64,000 nt of DNA from Hydrolagus colliei (GCA_035084275.1 CM068750.1:9920001-9984000); one strand, 5' to 3'. Shown: positions 14,150 to 25,889, counted from the first letter of the stretch. Translations and numbers: made by a program. Notes: generated by a model from the letters alone, not told the origin.

Positions 14150-14490
14150 GATGGCGTGCTTCAGATGAGATATTAAACCGAGGATCCGTTTGCCTTTTCA
14201 CATCCTCCCGACGTGAAAGGCACTCTATAAATATAATTTTCTTGTTGTTGGATATAAACGATCCTATGCTCTATTCGAAAAGAGAAGAGAGTTTCTCCCG
14301 ATGTCCTGGCTAACAAATACCCCAAATAAAACTGATCATTCACTCCATGGGTGTTTGTGGATCATTGCTATGCACAAATTGGCTGCTACATTCACCCACA
14401 AAGTATACAGTCAATCCACTTTACAGAATATCTGTTGAAGCACTTGGAGTCATCACAATGTGATAAAATCTATATCAAATTCAAGAATTA
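14150..14490 (+). mobile_element. Deu-domain SINE (SacSINE1/AmnSINE1-like), 5'-truncated, with a nested 50-bp insertion
   Basis: Deu motif 'ttcagatgagatattaaaccgagg...gatcctatg...ctattcgaa...tgtcctggctaac', then the shared SINE 3' part and a (tta)n tail. Confidence 0.8.
14201..14250 (+). mobile_element. Ultra-short L2-type tail (type II) inserted in the Deu SINE
   Basis: 'catcctcccgacgtgaaaggcactctataaatataattttcttgttgttg' is similar to tails at 22227, 27877 and 63523, and it interrupts the Deu motif. Confidence 0.75.
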
Positions 14491-14708
14491 TTATTATTAT
14501 TTACTCAATTTTTTTGGTGAAAATATTTCCTTCGACTCTAAAGATTAAAATCAATCAATTGCAAACTTTTCCAACTGCACAATTCAAACTAGCTTTCTTC
14601 TCTCTCCCTTTTATCGCTCCTCAGCAATTAACAAATTCTTATCAGATGGAATATTTAACTCAATCTGCAATTTATCTTGTTCTTTTACGAGGGAAGAGAT
14701 GCTCTGAA

Positions 14709-14768
14709 TGCTCTGAGACACCGTTCGGCATGGAGGGCGCTATATAAATCCAAGTTGTTGTTGTTGTT
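14709..14768 (+). mobile_element. L2 LINE extreme 3' tail (type I)
   Basis: 'tgctctgagacaccgttcggcatggagggcgctatataaatccaag(ttg)n'. Confidence 0.85.
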
Positions 14769-14869
14769 AATGAATGTATTGACTGGATGCATCAATACTT
14801 TTTGTTAAGAGCCTGATCCGCATATGTAGTGCTTCTACACAAAGAAAATACCTCTAGTTTTTAGTTTCA

Positions 14870-15800
14870 AATTTATACCTTATACGGTTGCTCCTCAAAA
14901 TTAAAAAGCCTGCTCCTTCGCAATTTTAAAATCCTAGATCATGACACCCTTAATTTGTTTCAAAAGTGGGAACAATCTCCGTGAGCCTCTCCTCAATATT
15001 AGTGCTTGAAGGCTCTGATGCTCCTATTTGTCAATGTCCTTTTAAAAATACGCTGCTCCATTCTGCACACAATATTGCAAACGTAGTCTTACCAGTGATC
15101 CATATCAGGCTAAAACAACTTGTTTTGACTTGTGGTCAAATGCTTTCAAGATGCAGCCTGGTATCTGATTAACTTTGCTGATGGCATCTTTCCATTCACT
15201 GGAAACGTTTCCTTTGCTATCACCTGAACTTAAGGTATCTCTTCACTTGTGCCATTTCTTATTTCTTGCCGCAAATGGACTACATTACTTGTCTATTAAA
15301 ATCCGTTTGCAACACATTTGCCGTCTGCACTTGTATACATTACATATCAAGTCAGCAACCACTCCTTCATTAAACTTTCACACAATGTATACATTGATCC
15401 ACCATTTGGCTTCTGCTACAGTTTAGTATCAATTTTATGACTCTAGTTCTTCAGGATAGTTGAATTTTTTTTTGAAAAAAGCTCCACAAGCAGCTTTTTC
15501 CTTGTGAACCTAATCCCTATTTATAACTCCCCTCTGTTTACCGTTGTCTAACCAATTTGTAATCCAATCTGTTACTTCTCTTTTAATTTCATAAGCCTTT
15601 ACCTTTGCTGCAAGTGTCTTGTGAGGTACTTTATCAATCTCTTTTTAAAAGACAAGATCCATATAGCATTCACACGATTGCTAACAGCCACTAACTTAGT
15701 CTAAATATCATACACTTCTAAAAGAGTCCTGTAAATGCGTGAGTCATGATGCGATGTGTCTAAACCAGGCTGCGTTTCATTTATCTCAGTTTGCTCTTAA
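14870..15800 (-). mobile_element. Old CR1 LINE reverse-transcriptase fragment
   Basis: The minus strand near 15520-15675 reads 'DKVPHKTLAAKVKAYEIKREVTDWITNWLDNGKQRGVINR', matching the CR1 RT motif 'FDKVPH.RL..K..A.GI.G....WI.NWL..R.QRV.ING'. Heavily decayed. Confidence 0.75.
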
Positions 15801-16034
15801 TAGAAATCTTGTGATATCTGCAATTGCATTTTAGTGCCATCGATACTAAATCTACCTTTAAAATATGACTATTAATTCAGATCATTGTTGTGCCTAATAA
15901 TAATAATCTTGGTGCATTCAATTCCCAGGAGATTGTGAACCTGCTTATATCATTTTACAAACTTATCAGATTTAAAATAGAGGTTTGACATAACCTAACT
16001 ACTTCTCATTATCTCCAAATGGAGTGCTGGAGGG

Positions 16035-16390
16035 GTGGTGGAGGAGGTTTTGCATTGTTGGACGTGTTGTCCTTTGGATGTGATGTTAAGCCAACGTCTT
16101 GATGACCTGTTCAGTTGTTTGTTAAAGATCCTATATCGCTGCTCAAAGAGAAGGAAGTTTATCCTACTGTCCTGAGCAACAAACCCGGATAGAATTGGTT
16201 ATTCATTTCATAGAGGTTTGTGGGACATTGTTTTGCAAATAAAAATTTAAATCCGTCTACAATTTTGCCCACAAAATGTACAGTCAATCCACATTGCAGT
16301 GTATTCTATGATGCATTTTGAGATGTCTCAACAGTGTAATAAGGCGCAGTACGTAATAAGGCGCTATATCAAATGGAATGATTATTATTA
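16035..16390 (+). mobile_element. Deu-domain SINE, diverged
   Basis: 'tgtcctttggatgtgatgttaagcc...ttaaagatccta...tgtcctgagcaac...tttgtgggacattg...tacagtcaatccac...aaggcgctatatcaaat...attattatta'. It contains an internal 12-bp duplication 'gtaataaggcgc'. Confidence 0.75.
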
Positions 16391-17179
16391 CAATATATAC
16401 CTCCCATGTTGTTAGTTCTAATTGGTGTGTTGTTCCACACACTGAGGAGAAAGGAGGACAAAGTATAACTGCAGGGATTCATACCTCCCACCAAAGAGAG
16501 AAACTTCTGCAATCTGATACAATGTAATGGCAATGGTGAATGACATGCGATCGAGTTAAGATAACTTTGCAGCAGACAGTCTTATCTCAAATTCTCTCTT
16601 CCGCAGTCATTTGATTGATCCCAACTTTGGTTGGGGTGGGGTAAATTGCTCTTAAGCCATGTGCTTTCATGTGTCGTACCCTGCCAAACCCAGTAAAGCA
16701 CAAAATCACATTTTTCAAGACAAAGTGAATTTTATTTGATAGCTAAATGTGTTGCATTTTTATGGAGAATACCATGTTGTAAAAGTAACCCCGCACATTC
16801 TCTCATTTTCAGTCCATTCTTAGACATTTGTTACAGGGCTGAGGGTCATTAATGGGTGATTAATGTTGCAGGCTGCAAGAAAAAAAGGGTGCAAGCTTAG
16901 ATTACTAACTGCCTGCCCAGCAGCTGAAAAAAAAGTTACTTATAAGTGAAACCAGCTTTCTGAAAGAAGAATTCATTGCCCTGAAAACAAACTGGAAAAT
17001 CCCATAGAAAGATGAATTTCGCTGGCTGTTTCATTGTTTTTGTGTTGCCAAACAATTTTAGATTTTTTCTAATTGCATTGATATTTGTTAGTGAATTGGG
17101 GGCAATTTGGGTTTTGCAAATCCTAAACTGAATGCACTTCTCAATCATACCCCAATATGGAACAAATTAAACATACATA

Positions 17180-17295
17180 GTCACTACACTTTACAGTAAC
17201 CTCTGTGAAGCACTTTGAGATGTCTGGAAGACATGATAAGGCGCTATATCAAATACAATGTAATGGCAATGGTGCAAGGATTATTAGCATTATTT
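17180..17295 (+). mobile_element. SINE 3' tail with a 19-22-bp templated insertion
   Basis: 'ctgtgaagcactttgagatgtctggaagacatgataaggcgctatatcaaat[acaatgtaatggcaatggt]gcaaggattatt'. Confidence 0.85.
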
Positions 17296-17785
17296 CGGAG
17301 CTGCTTAAGAATGACAGTATATCCAAAGCTAATTTGTGCTTTTATTGCTATCCCCAGTTGTGGAAAAATGGCATAATTAAAATTAAAAATAAAAGCAAAA
17401 CATCATTAAAAAGTCATCCTCCAGTGAGTAAATTTAGCTTAGCAAAGTGAGACTTTGAAATGGCTTTGATTAAATTAAAAATTGAATGGAATCACATCAA
17501 CTGAGAAGAATCTGAAGAAGAATGAAAAAAAGTTAATGATGTATTTGCATTAGAATTAATATGTACAGTATTTACAATGTAAAATCGGGTCTCGTTTTAC
17601 CGAATGTGTGATTAACAAGCTGTCAATCCTTTTGCATTTCATCCTCTGGTTATTTTTCCACTCTATTAAATGTCAACAGACAATTACTTCAGCCATCGGC
17701 TCTAAAATAGCAGCACTGGATTAATGTTCACTTTTTGGGGAGTCTTGTATTTTAAAAATGTAAAATAGCTTCTCTTTGGTAGAGC

Positions 17786-17903
17786 TGCCCACAAAATGCC
17801 CAGTCACTATACAGTACTTCACAGTAAAACGCTGCAAAGTACTGTACTTCGAAACAGGCCTTGACAATGTGAAAAGGCACTATATCAAATATAACAATAA
17901 TAA
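17786..17903 (+). mobile_element. Diverged SINE 3' tail
   Basis: 'tgcccacaaaatgcccagtcac...tgtgaaaaggcactatatcaaatataacaataataat'. Confidence 0.65.
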
Positions 17904-18032
17904 TTGCAAATTATTACATTAGAGCTCTCAAATTTTTGCAAATAATATTGGGGGCAAGGATGAGGGTGGAGCTGGTTTGTGACTTTCTCTTCTGTCTCTC
18001 CCCCGTGTCATCTCAAACTTTATTTAAATAAA

Positions 18033-18238
18033 CATAAACGCACAATACTGCAGATGCTGAAAATCTGAAACAAAAACAGAAATTGCTGGGAACACTCAGT
18101 AGGTCAGGCAGCATCTATAGAGAAAGAAAAGTGAGGCAACATTTCGGGTCATGAAGCCAAAATGTTGACCCACTTTCCTTCATCGATAGATGCTGCCTGA
18201 CCTGTCGCGTGTTCCCAGCAATTTCTGTTTATGTTTCA
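18033..18238. repeat. Palindromic (fold-back) element with 11-bp target-site duplication
   Basis: Arms 18066-18147 and 18157-18238 are imperfect reverse complements, e.g. 'aaacagaaattgctgggaacac...aggtcaggcagcatctat' and 'atagatgctgcctgacct...gtgttcccagcaatttctgttt'. 'atttaaataaa' flanks both sides (18022-18032, 18238-18248). Confidence 0.9.
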
Positions 18239-21200
18239 TTTAAATAAATATTGATGTTGGATTGAGTCACATCTACAGGTGAAGGAACCACCTCAACTTT
18301 GCCTGGAGAACAGCTTACATCCCATTTGGACTGCTCTGAGGTTTTATTTGTTGGAAAGGATGTGTGTGTTTTTTTTCTAAACCAGGCTTTGCAGGAACAG
18401 GTTTGATTAATTGCTTCCAGTCAGGGATTGGAACTGATATAAGTCCGATTTAATTTTATAAGAAAACCATATCTAGTGAAAAATGTATTTGGCGTTTGTC
18501 ATGTAAGGTGTATTTATAACAGGAGGGCGGGGGGGAGGGGGGGGTCATACAGAGGTAAAGACAAACCTTCAAACATTTTTGAACCAATGTCAGAAAAAGC
18601 TGCAGAAGTTCAATCTGAGATAATCGCAAGATCTGGAATTCACAATAACAAACTCTTAATAAATCTACCTGTCACCAGTCTTCCTCTGAGGGAGGAACAA
18701 AAGGTCACATAAATGGCTACATTCCATCATAAAAAAAATTCAAAGTTAAAATGAGGTGCCTGGAGACTAAAATAAGAGAGCTTTAAGCAGCTGTACTCTT
18801 TAAATTAGGTAAAAGTAATTTAGAAACTATTTGCTTTACCTAGCTCTCTCTATGCAGAGATAATGATCTAAGGTGCACAAAGGAAAAAAAGATGATAAAT
18901 GAAATTAATCTGATTTTAGAAGCAGATGAAATAAAGCCTTTTGCTTTGCTTGTAAATTTTGAGAAGTAGAGTATCTAGTAATAATACAAAACTGATTTCT
19001 GCCAAGAGTTATCCTTATAAGGAGCTTTACACAGGTAATGATTTGTGCGTACCTTAACATGCCACAGCAATGTCAGTAGCAACAGCTACTAAAATATAAT
19101 GCCTTTGCTGAAATCCCTGCAGAGGCAAAATTTAAGTTTTGGCAGCAATGTATTTAATTCCTGAAAATGATCATATGTGCAGTAGCAAATGATGTAGATA
19201 TTTTAACTATTAATGACTTAACAAACAAACATGGCTTTTACACTTCATAATGAAGAAGGTTTTTGACAAAGATATTCAACTTTTTCTTCCTTTTCTGTTT
19301 TTTAACACTATAGTGGAGGAATGATGGAGAGTCATTCATAAATGTAGCTAAAAGTTTAGAAACGCTGTCATTTGGATTTTAAAAAAAAGAAACAATCTTT
19401 ATTCTGCATATTCTCTCAGTGGTTTCTTCTTGGCAAACATCTTCAATTCTTTTTTCTAATTGCAAACACCTTTGAAATCTGTGGTTGTGCTAGTTAATGG
19501 TTCTTTTATTTATTTTATTTATACAATTGCTCCAAAAATGTATTTCAGCATCCAGGATAGTACTGTATTTTGACTATCTTAATTTTTTTTGCTGTCGTGT
19601 GAACTGTTTTTTTTAAAAAAAACTTGTATTTTACACAGTGATCAACAAATTAGTCCAAAACAATTGGGAGAAACTGCTCTTCCAGGTTTGTATTGCATCT
19701 AGAATTGACCCTGGGTTCTCAGTTTTGTTTTGGGGGGGAAGATTTTGTTACATGATTTCTGCAGGATTGTAAATGGTTATTTTTCGGTGCAAAAAAAAAC
19801 TTTTAAAAATGCAGTCAATTTTGTCTCGGATTACACCTAGCTACATTAACACCGCTACAGGCAAGTCTTCGCTGTCACTTGGTGGTAGATGCTTTGCTCA
19901 CCAAACAGTAATTAACTTTGACAGATAATTATTATGGTTTTGATGACAAGAAGGGCCTTTCTCTTCCTGCTTTCACAACGCATGTTCCTGAAAGCTGGGA
20001 GTAGAGACGTTAATTTAAGACTTAAATCTTTTGGCTTTAAGTCTGATCCTGGGAGTTGAGTTGAAGGGGAGGGAGGGGAGGGGGGTGTGGGGTTGAACAC
20101 AAGTCAGTTAAAATCGCAGAAATGATCTCATATAAACAGATTGTGAACAGGAAAGACAGCCTCCAACTGTTGTCCGTTCAAAGTAAGAGAGCTGCCCTGC
20201 ACAGCCATGCCAGATCTCTGGCAGGAAAGGAGTGCTTTTAAAGTTAATAAACTGGAGGAGGGCTGGGTTGGGGAGGCTAGCGGTGAAGCCATATAAACTG
20301 CACAAATGAGTTCTAATTCTGTCTAATGGGCATCCTTCCAAAATACGGAGCCCTGAGTCAACCCCAGCTGCAGGCTTGGATGAGCAGCTTTTTACAATCC
20401 TCAGCTATTTACCCCCCCTTTACCCCTCCCCACTTGATGAAAATCAGGAATATCATGTTTCTGGAGCCTGGGGTTATTATGTTATACGGGCAGGCTGAGG
20501 GCTGGCATTGCTCCAACCTACCTGCAGCTGTAGGGTCAGTTTAAGCCACAGCAGATTCTTTCTTTTTTCCTATATGGGGGAGTGGGGATCTGGCTTTTGA
20601 AAATAAAAGTGCCTTGAAATTACAGGGGAGGGTTAATTCTGGGAACACTTGCTCATTTCATGCATGAACTTTTTGGGGGAAATGGTTGGAGAAGCCTTGG
20701 CTCCTGTATCTTGGAAAAACAGTCTGCTGAATGTGGGCATGGAGGAAGTGGGGGTAGCTTCTGCCCATGGGATTGCTCCTTTTTTTTCAAAGTGAAGTTT
20801 TTTTTTTGGAGGAATTAAAACAATGACTTTTTTTTCAAATAAAAAGAATGCACTGGAGAAAGATCTATTTTTAGTGCCTCTTACTTTCAGAATGTTATGG
20901 CACAGGCTATATTGGGACTATATTCCACATATAGACTCACAATCTGCAAAATAGACACTGACCGATACTTCTTTTTCTGTTTCTCCCAACTTCTGTTTCC
21001 TTTTCTCGAGTCATCTGTCAAGAGGCCTCGTCGGCTCATTAGTATTGCAGTGGTATTTTGATGGGCATGTATTTGTTATCAGTGAATCAGACCTGCCACT
21101 ATTACTATGCTCTGTGTCCACAGGCACACAATGAAGTCAAATCTGTCCAGTATGTCAGATTTGTCTTTTGCCTCAGCCTTGGGCTAAATATTGGGTAAAG

Positions 21201-21560
21201 TTTTCTGCCTCATCTGGAAAGAGAGAAAAAAAACTGATCACTGAGATATAGCCAATTCAAGACCCTTTAAACAGTGCAAAATGAGTTTGCCTTAAATGTT
21301 TCCAACTGTTCTCCAGTTCTTTTCAACATCTTTTTAATTTAATATTATATTCAAACTCAATGGCAGCTCCATTTACTTGTGTTTGTGATCCAGATTGTTC
21401 TTAGTTGTAAGGATTAAAGGGGCATTGCTGGTCAATTGGACAGGTAGGGAATATCCATTTCATTGTACGCTTCTATGGTGTAGTCAGTGCTGGCAGGGCC
21501 TGAATTTATTGCCCTGCAATTATGATGGTGAGATATTCTCTTTTGGAGTCACGTAGTATA

Positions 21561-22135
21561 CAACAACAACAACAGCTTCGATTTATATAGCAGACGGACG
21601 GAGTCTCAGAGCACTTCACAATAGCGGATCCCGGGACTGAGCCAGGGGCAGGGGAGGAAAGTTGACCAAAGACCCGGTCGTAGAGCAAGGTCTTCAGCTG
21701 GGACCTGAAACTGAGAAAAGAGGGGGCGAGGCGAAGGGAGTGAGGAAAGGAATTCCAGAGCCTCGGGGAATAGTGGCTGAAGGCACGGTCGCCGAATGTG
21801 GAGCGGAGGATTCGGGGGACATGGAGGAGACCAGACCCGGTGGAGCAAAAGCAACGGGTGCTGATTAGAGGAGAGAGGAGGTCAGAGAGATAGGGTTTGC
21901 AGAGGAGTGGAGGGATTTGAAGACAAGAGTGAGGATCTTGAAGTCGATCCTCTCTGTAATAGGGAGCCAGTGAAGTCTGGCAAGGACTGAGATAATAGAG
22001 TTTGGTGCGTGGCCGGCAGAGTTCTGTATCAGCTGGACTCTGGACTGTGGTGGAGGGGAGACCGGCGAGGAGGGCATTGGAATAGGCCAGCCAAGACTTG
22101 ACAAAGGCATGGACCAGGGTTTCAGCGGCTTTTGG
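21561..22135 (-). mobile_element. L2 LINE 3' fragment (ORF2 C-terminus, 3' UTR and (TTG)n tail)
   Basis: ORFs 21865..22251 and 21506..22213 give 'PKAAETLVHAFV..LAYSNALLAGLP', 'LHWLPITERIDFKILTLVFKSL' and 'FGDRAFSHYSPRLWNSFPHSLR...FRSQLKTLL', all classic L2 motifs. Frameshifted, GC-rich, with TSD agtata. Confidence 0.95.
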
Positions 22136-22226
22136 AGTATAGTGGTTAGCATGCTCACCTTGCAACTGTGAGGACCCAGATATGATTCCTGTGTGAGGCG
22201 AAATAATAGGCAAGTTTCCTTACTCC

Positions 22227-22273
22227 TCCTGACATGAAAGGATCTATACAAGTGTAATTTTGTTGTTGTTGTT
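22227..22273 (+). mobile_element. Ultra-short L2-type tail (type II) inserted in a SINE
   Basis: 'tcctgacatgaaaggatctatacaagtgtaatttt(gtt)n' splits the SINE motif 'ttactcc|acac', which is contiguous in the copies at 26228 and 38116. Confidence 0.8.
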
Positions 22274-23124
22274 ACACCAAACCCCTCTGTTTACCTAGCA
22301 GTAAATAGGAAGCTAGTTGTATGGCGATTGGCGGATGCTTTCCGAGGTCATAATTTCTCCCCAAATTTTTGCGGGAATCACTCAATCCATTACTGTTTGT
22401 GTGACACTACTGTGCACAATTAGCCTCAGTGGTTTGTCCACAAATACACACTTTACAATATATTCTGTGAAGCACTTTGAGATATGAAGTGCAAGTGTTA
22501 TTATGCAAACCACTACAGTCCTTGTGATCATGCTCCCACAGTGCTGTTGGTGAGGGAGTTCTAGGATTTTGACCCAGTGACAATAGAGGAGCTGTGTCAT
22601 ATGCCTGGGTCAGGATGATGAGTGACTTGCTGAAGATTCATCCAACTCTAACACTGTTCTTGTTCTATTGTGTGGCAGAGGTTCTACCAACTCAATCTCT
22701 GTCTTTGTAGGATAAGTAAGATTAATAACTCCTAATATACTGAATCTTGTTCTTCAATGTTTTTTGCAATGAGTCAAAGTTCATGGAACCCAGACCTGTT
22801 AATACTAAGTACAACTCTGGAAATGGAATTTGCAGTAATATCAATACTGGCAGTTGTCATTTTATTTGCTGCCTTCAGGAAAACAAACCTTCCAAAACAT
22901 ACCTCTGACAGTTCCTTTAGTCAATATCTTTAAATCTCTTATATCTCTGCTTAGTTGTCCAGCATGATATCTGTCAAGAGCTTTGAGATGGTGTTTTACG
23001 TGGAAGGTACTATAGAAATGCATGTTGTTCCATTTATTCTTTATTCAAATTGTACGTTTGGCATCCATTTGAATTGGATTCAAGAGACATACAATTCTCA
23101 TCTGCACAGTGCTACAATTCAAAG

Positions 23125-23316
23125 CTCAAAACTGCGATTGAAGCAAAAGGCATCAACGCATTTAAGAGAAACTTGATGCATAATCAAGGAGATGGGAATA
23201 GAGGGATATTGGAGAGCCAATTAGGAAGGGTAGAGGCTTATGTGGAGTTTGAACACTGGAACAGAGTGGATGGGGAAGATGGCTTGTCACTGTGTTGCAA
23301 TGATCTATATAATTCT
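23125..23316 (+). mobile_element. Old CR1 LINE 3' end
   Basis: Translation 'AIEAKGINAFKRNL', followed by a CR1-like UTR 'ggcttatgtggag...gatggcttgtcactgtgttgcaatgatctatataattc'. Confidence 0.6.
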
Positions 23317-25889
23317 TTGTAAATGATGCAAGTACAAGTCCCACTAATCTCATTCCGCTTTCTTGTTTTAAAGCTTGTGAGCATTTTATTGCTATTACAA
23401 AACAACTTTGGTGTTTTTACTGGCCCTAGTTGAAAGCTATGTAGAATGGACTCCATTAGCCCGGTTTCCTGCCTCGGATTGTTATCTTGCAGGAAAACAA
23501 GTAGCTTTGGTGGCAGGAGTATAACTGCAGTATTGGTGCAAATTTCTTATGGTGTCATTACACATTTGGTGCTTGGTTGATTTAACTCACGTGCACATTG
23601 AATTGCTCCAGAATTACAGTGTATGATTCAGATAACATGTTAATGGTATCTATTTTGGCTGCGTTTCTCCTTTAAACATTTTCTTTAGGTCTAGCTGGAC
23701 ATTATTAGATGCATACATGCTTCAGGCATCTAAGTTGCATTTGACAGCAAGCAAAGCAGTTGGAGTACTAGAATAAAACATCCACTGAAGAAAAATGATC
23801 ACCTATGGGGAAATTAAATGAACTATTTAATAGTAGGGCTAATGTGAGATACATACATAAACTTTCAAATTAGCTCAGTCACCATTGTGGATAATTGGGC
23901 ACAGGATAAATGCAATGGTACTTTAATTCCAGAGCTCCAATTCCTGATGTGGGTTCTTGACCGTGGAGGCTATTGGTTCTGCTTTAGGGTAACGACTGCT
24001 GATTGTGCACTTAGAAATCATTTTTGCATGGTCTCTTGGGGTTTTGATCTCCATTTTTAGTTTATTTTAGCCTTTTCCAGATTTTTGACATTTGTCTTTG
24101 TGTTTATTTGCAGTCAAGTCACTGGGCTGATCCATAAGCAGTGTAAAGCAAAGTGCTTCTGCAAACTGTATGTGTATGTATGTGTGTGTTGACTTGCTTT
24201 TGTTGGCTGTATGCCTTGAAATCTGCTTTTTTCTGTGCTCGCCAGCTTGCCAGCTGGACCTTTCTCTCCAAAGTGTCTGGCTTTGCTGAATGTCTTCTTT
24301 GATGGTGAAGACAAGATCGAGACTCATTGATGAACCGCAAGAAAAACCCATAGTCTTCCACTATATAACAGTGGCAGTGCTCTTTTTGAGAGCCATTTTG
24401 AAATTCCAAGTCAGAACAACTAAGGAAGATGTTGCTGGTGATATTTTGGTTCAGAGTAAACCACAATCATAGCTAGTTAAGGTGATTTTTGGTTCCACTA
24501 TTCCATACTGTATTCCCACAAATGAGGCAATGAAGTGAACATATGCTCACAACTCTGAATTTTTGCAATAGTTTATGCATTGATAACAGAAGTAAAAATA
24601 TCAACTGAATGCCAGCCCAGCCATGTATTTATATCTTTGTAATGGTGCTGAGACAATGAGTTGTGTTCTAATACTAACTTGCAACTCTGTTATGGTCTTT
24701 GGAATCTTTGTAGTATTACAATCTAGTAGAAATGTCGTTTTTTAACTTGTTTTGGAACCAATTCACATATGATTTTGCTTTTTATTGTAATACAAAAAGC
24801 AACCAGAAAATAGATACAGTAATTGGTTGAGGTATGACAACCATTAACAAGATCAATTTGATTCAGGATTATTAAAGTAAGCAATGCCATCAAACCAATT
24901 AATAAATGTAGTGCTGCAGCTTTATCTTTCCTGCAAATGCCTGTATGAGAAGGCTTATGAAGAGTCTCAAGCAGCAAGCTTATTTTATATTCCACTGTGC
25001 ATAGTTCAATTTTAAGTAATGTAGTATTATACATTAAAACGCTTAATAGAATGGAGATTTCATAGAGTAGAAATGTAACTAAAATAATCCACATTTATTC
25101 AAGATGCCCAGGGGAATTTTTTAAATTTTCCACTAGGTCAGAGTTTTACTGATCTTTCCACAGATGACGGAGATTCTTGGCTGAGTTTTAGATCTGCATT
25201 AAGCTTTTGTAATCCTGCTTCAGGCAGTAGCAGTGAAGTTAAACAATCACTGATTGACTTTTATTAGCTCTGATTTTTCAGCCTGATAGGCTCAGGCATG
25301 CAACTTGATGGACAGGCTTTTGTCATCCGTCCAAGTGAAAGCCTTTGTAGCTGTCAGACACGGGGAAAAAGGTTAAAAATCATCTTGTTTGGAGTTTGCT
25401 TATATGTTTTGCTGATGTTTGTTGTCTTTGTAACAGCATCCTGCCAGCTTCTGACTGCACGAAAAGAGATAGGTATTTGTATTACTCGATTGCTTAACAT
25501 TATTTTCCAATCAAATTGTCTTGACTGTGGAAATTACATTTTAGCTGTGGGGGGTTTTTCCTCTCTATTAGTTAAGAAAAATTATTGCAGTATTGATGTG
25601 CTAAATTGCAAATAAAATAAAGTAGATGGGTTTAATTTGCTCATGGTGCAATATCCATATGCATTGGATTTTGTGAACTACATTTTTAATACTGTGATTT
25701 GTAGTGTATCTTAGCTCTCAGTTCATGCTAAAGTTGACGTATGGTGTTCAGCATTCAGTGGGAAATCTGTGGTGAGTGACTGCATCAGCAAACATTGTAC
25801 AGTACCTCTCTGAATTTGCTGTTATGTTACTTGCTAGAAATACTCACTACAAATACAGTTAATGCTACATCAATTCATACTTTTTTTAT

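Larger units (their letters stand above)
21545..22505 (+). mobile_element. Older tRNA-headed SINE split by the L2 insertion (pieces 21545-21560 and 22136-22505)
   Basis: Rejoining gives 'ggagtcacgtagtatagtggttagcatgctcacc...gacccagatatgattcc...ggcaagtttccttactcc/acac...tcaatccattactgtttgtg...ctgtgaagcactttgagat'. Confidence 0.8.

Noticed and set aside
21506-22213. Longest ORF (235 aa) as a host gene
   Set aside because: It is a chimeric reading across an antisense SINE head and a frameshifted L2 ORF2 relic.
22520-22645. Possible old LINE fragment ('gagggagttctaggattttgacccagtgac')
   Set aside because: It resembles an antisense LINE 3' region but is too short and decayed to assign.
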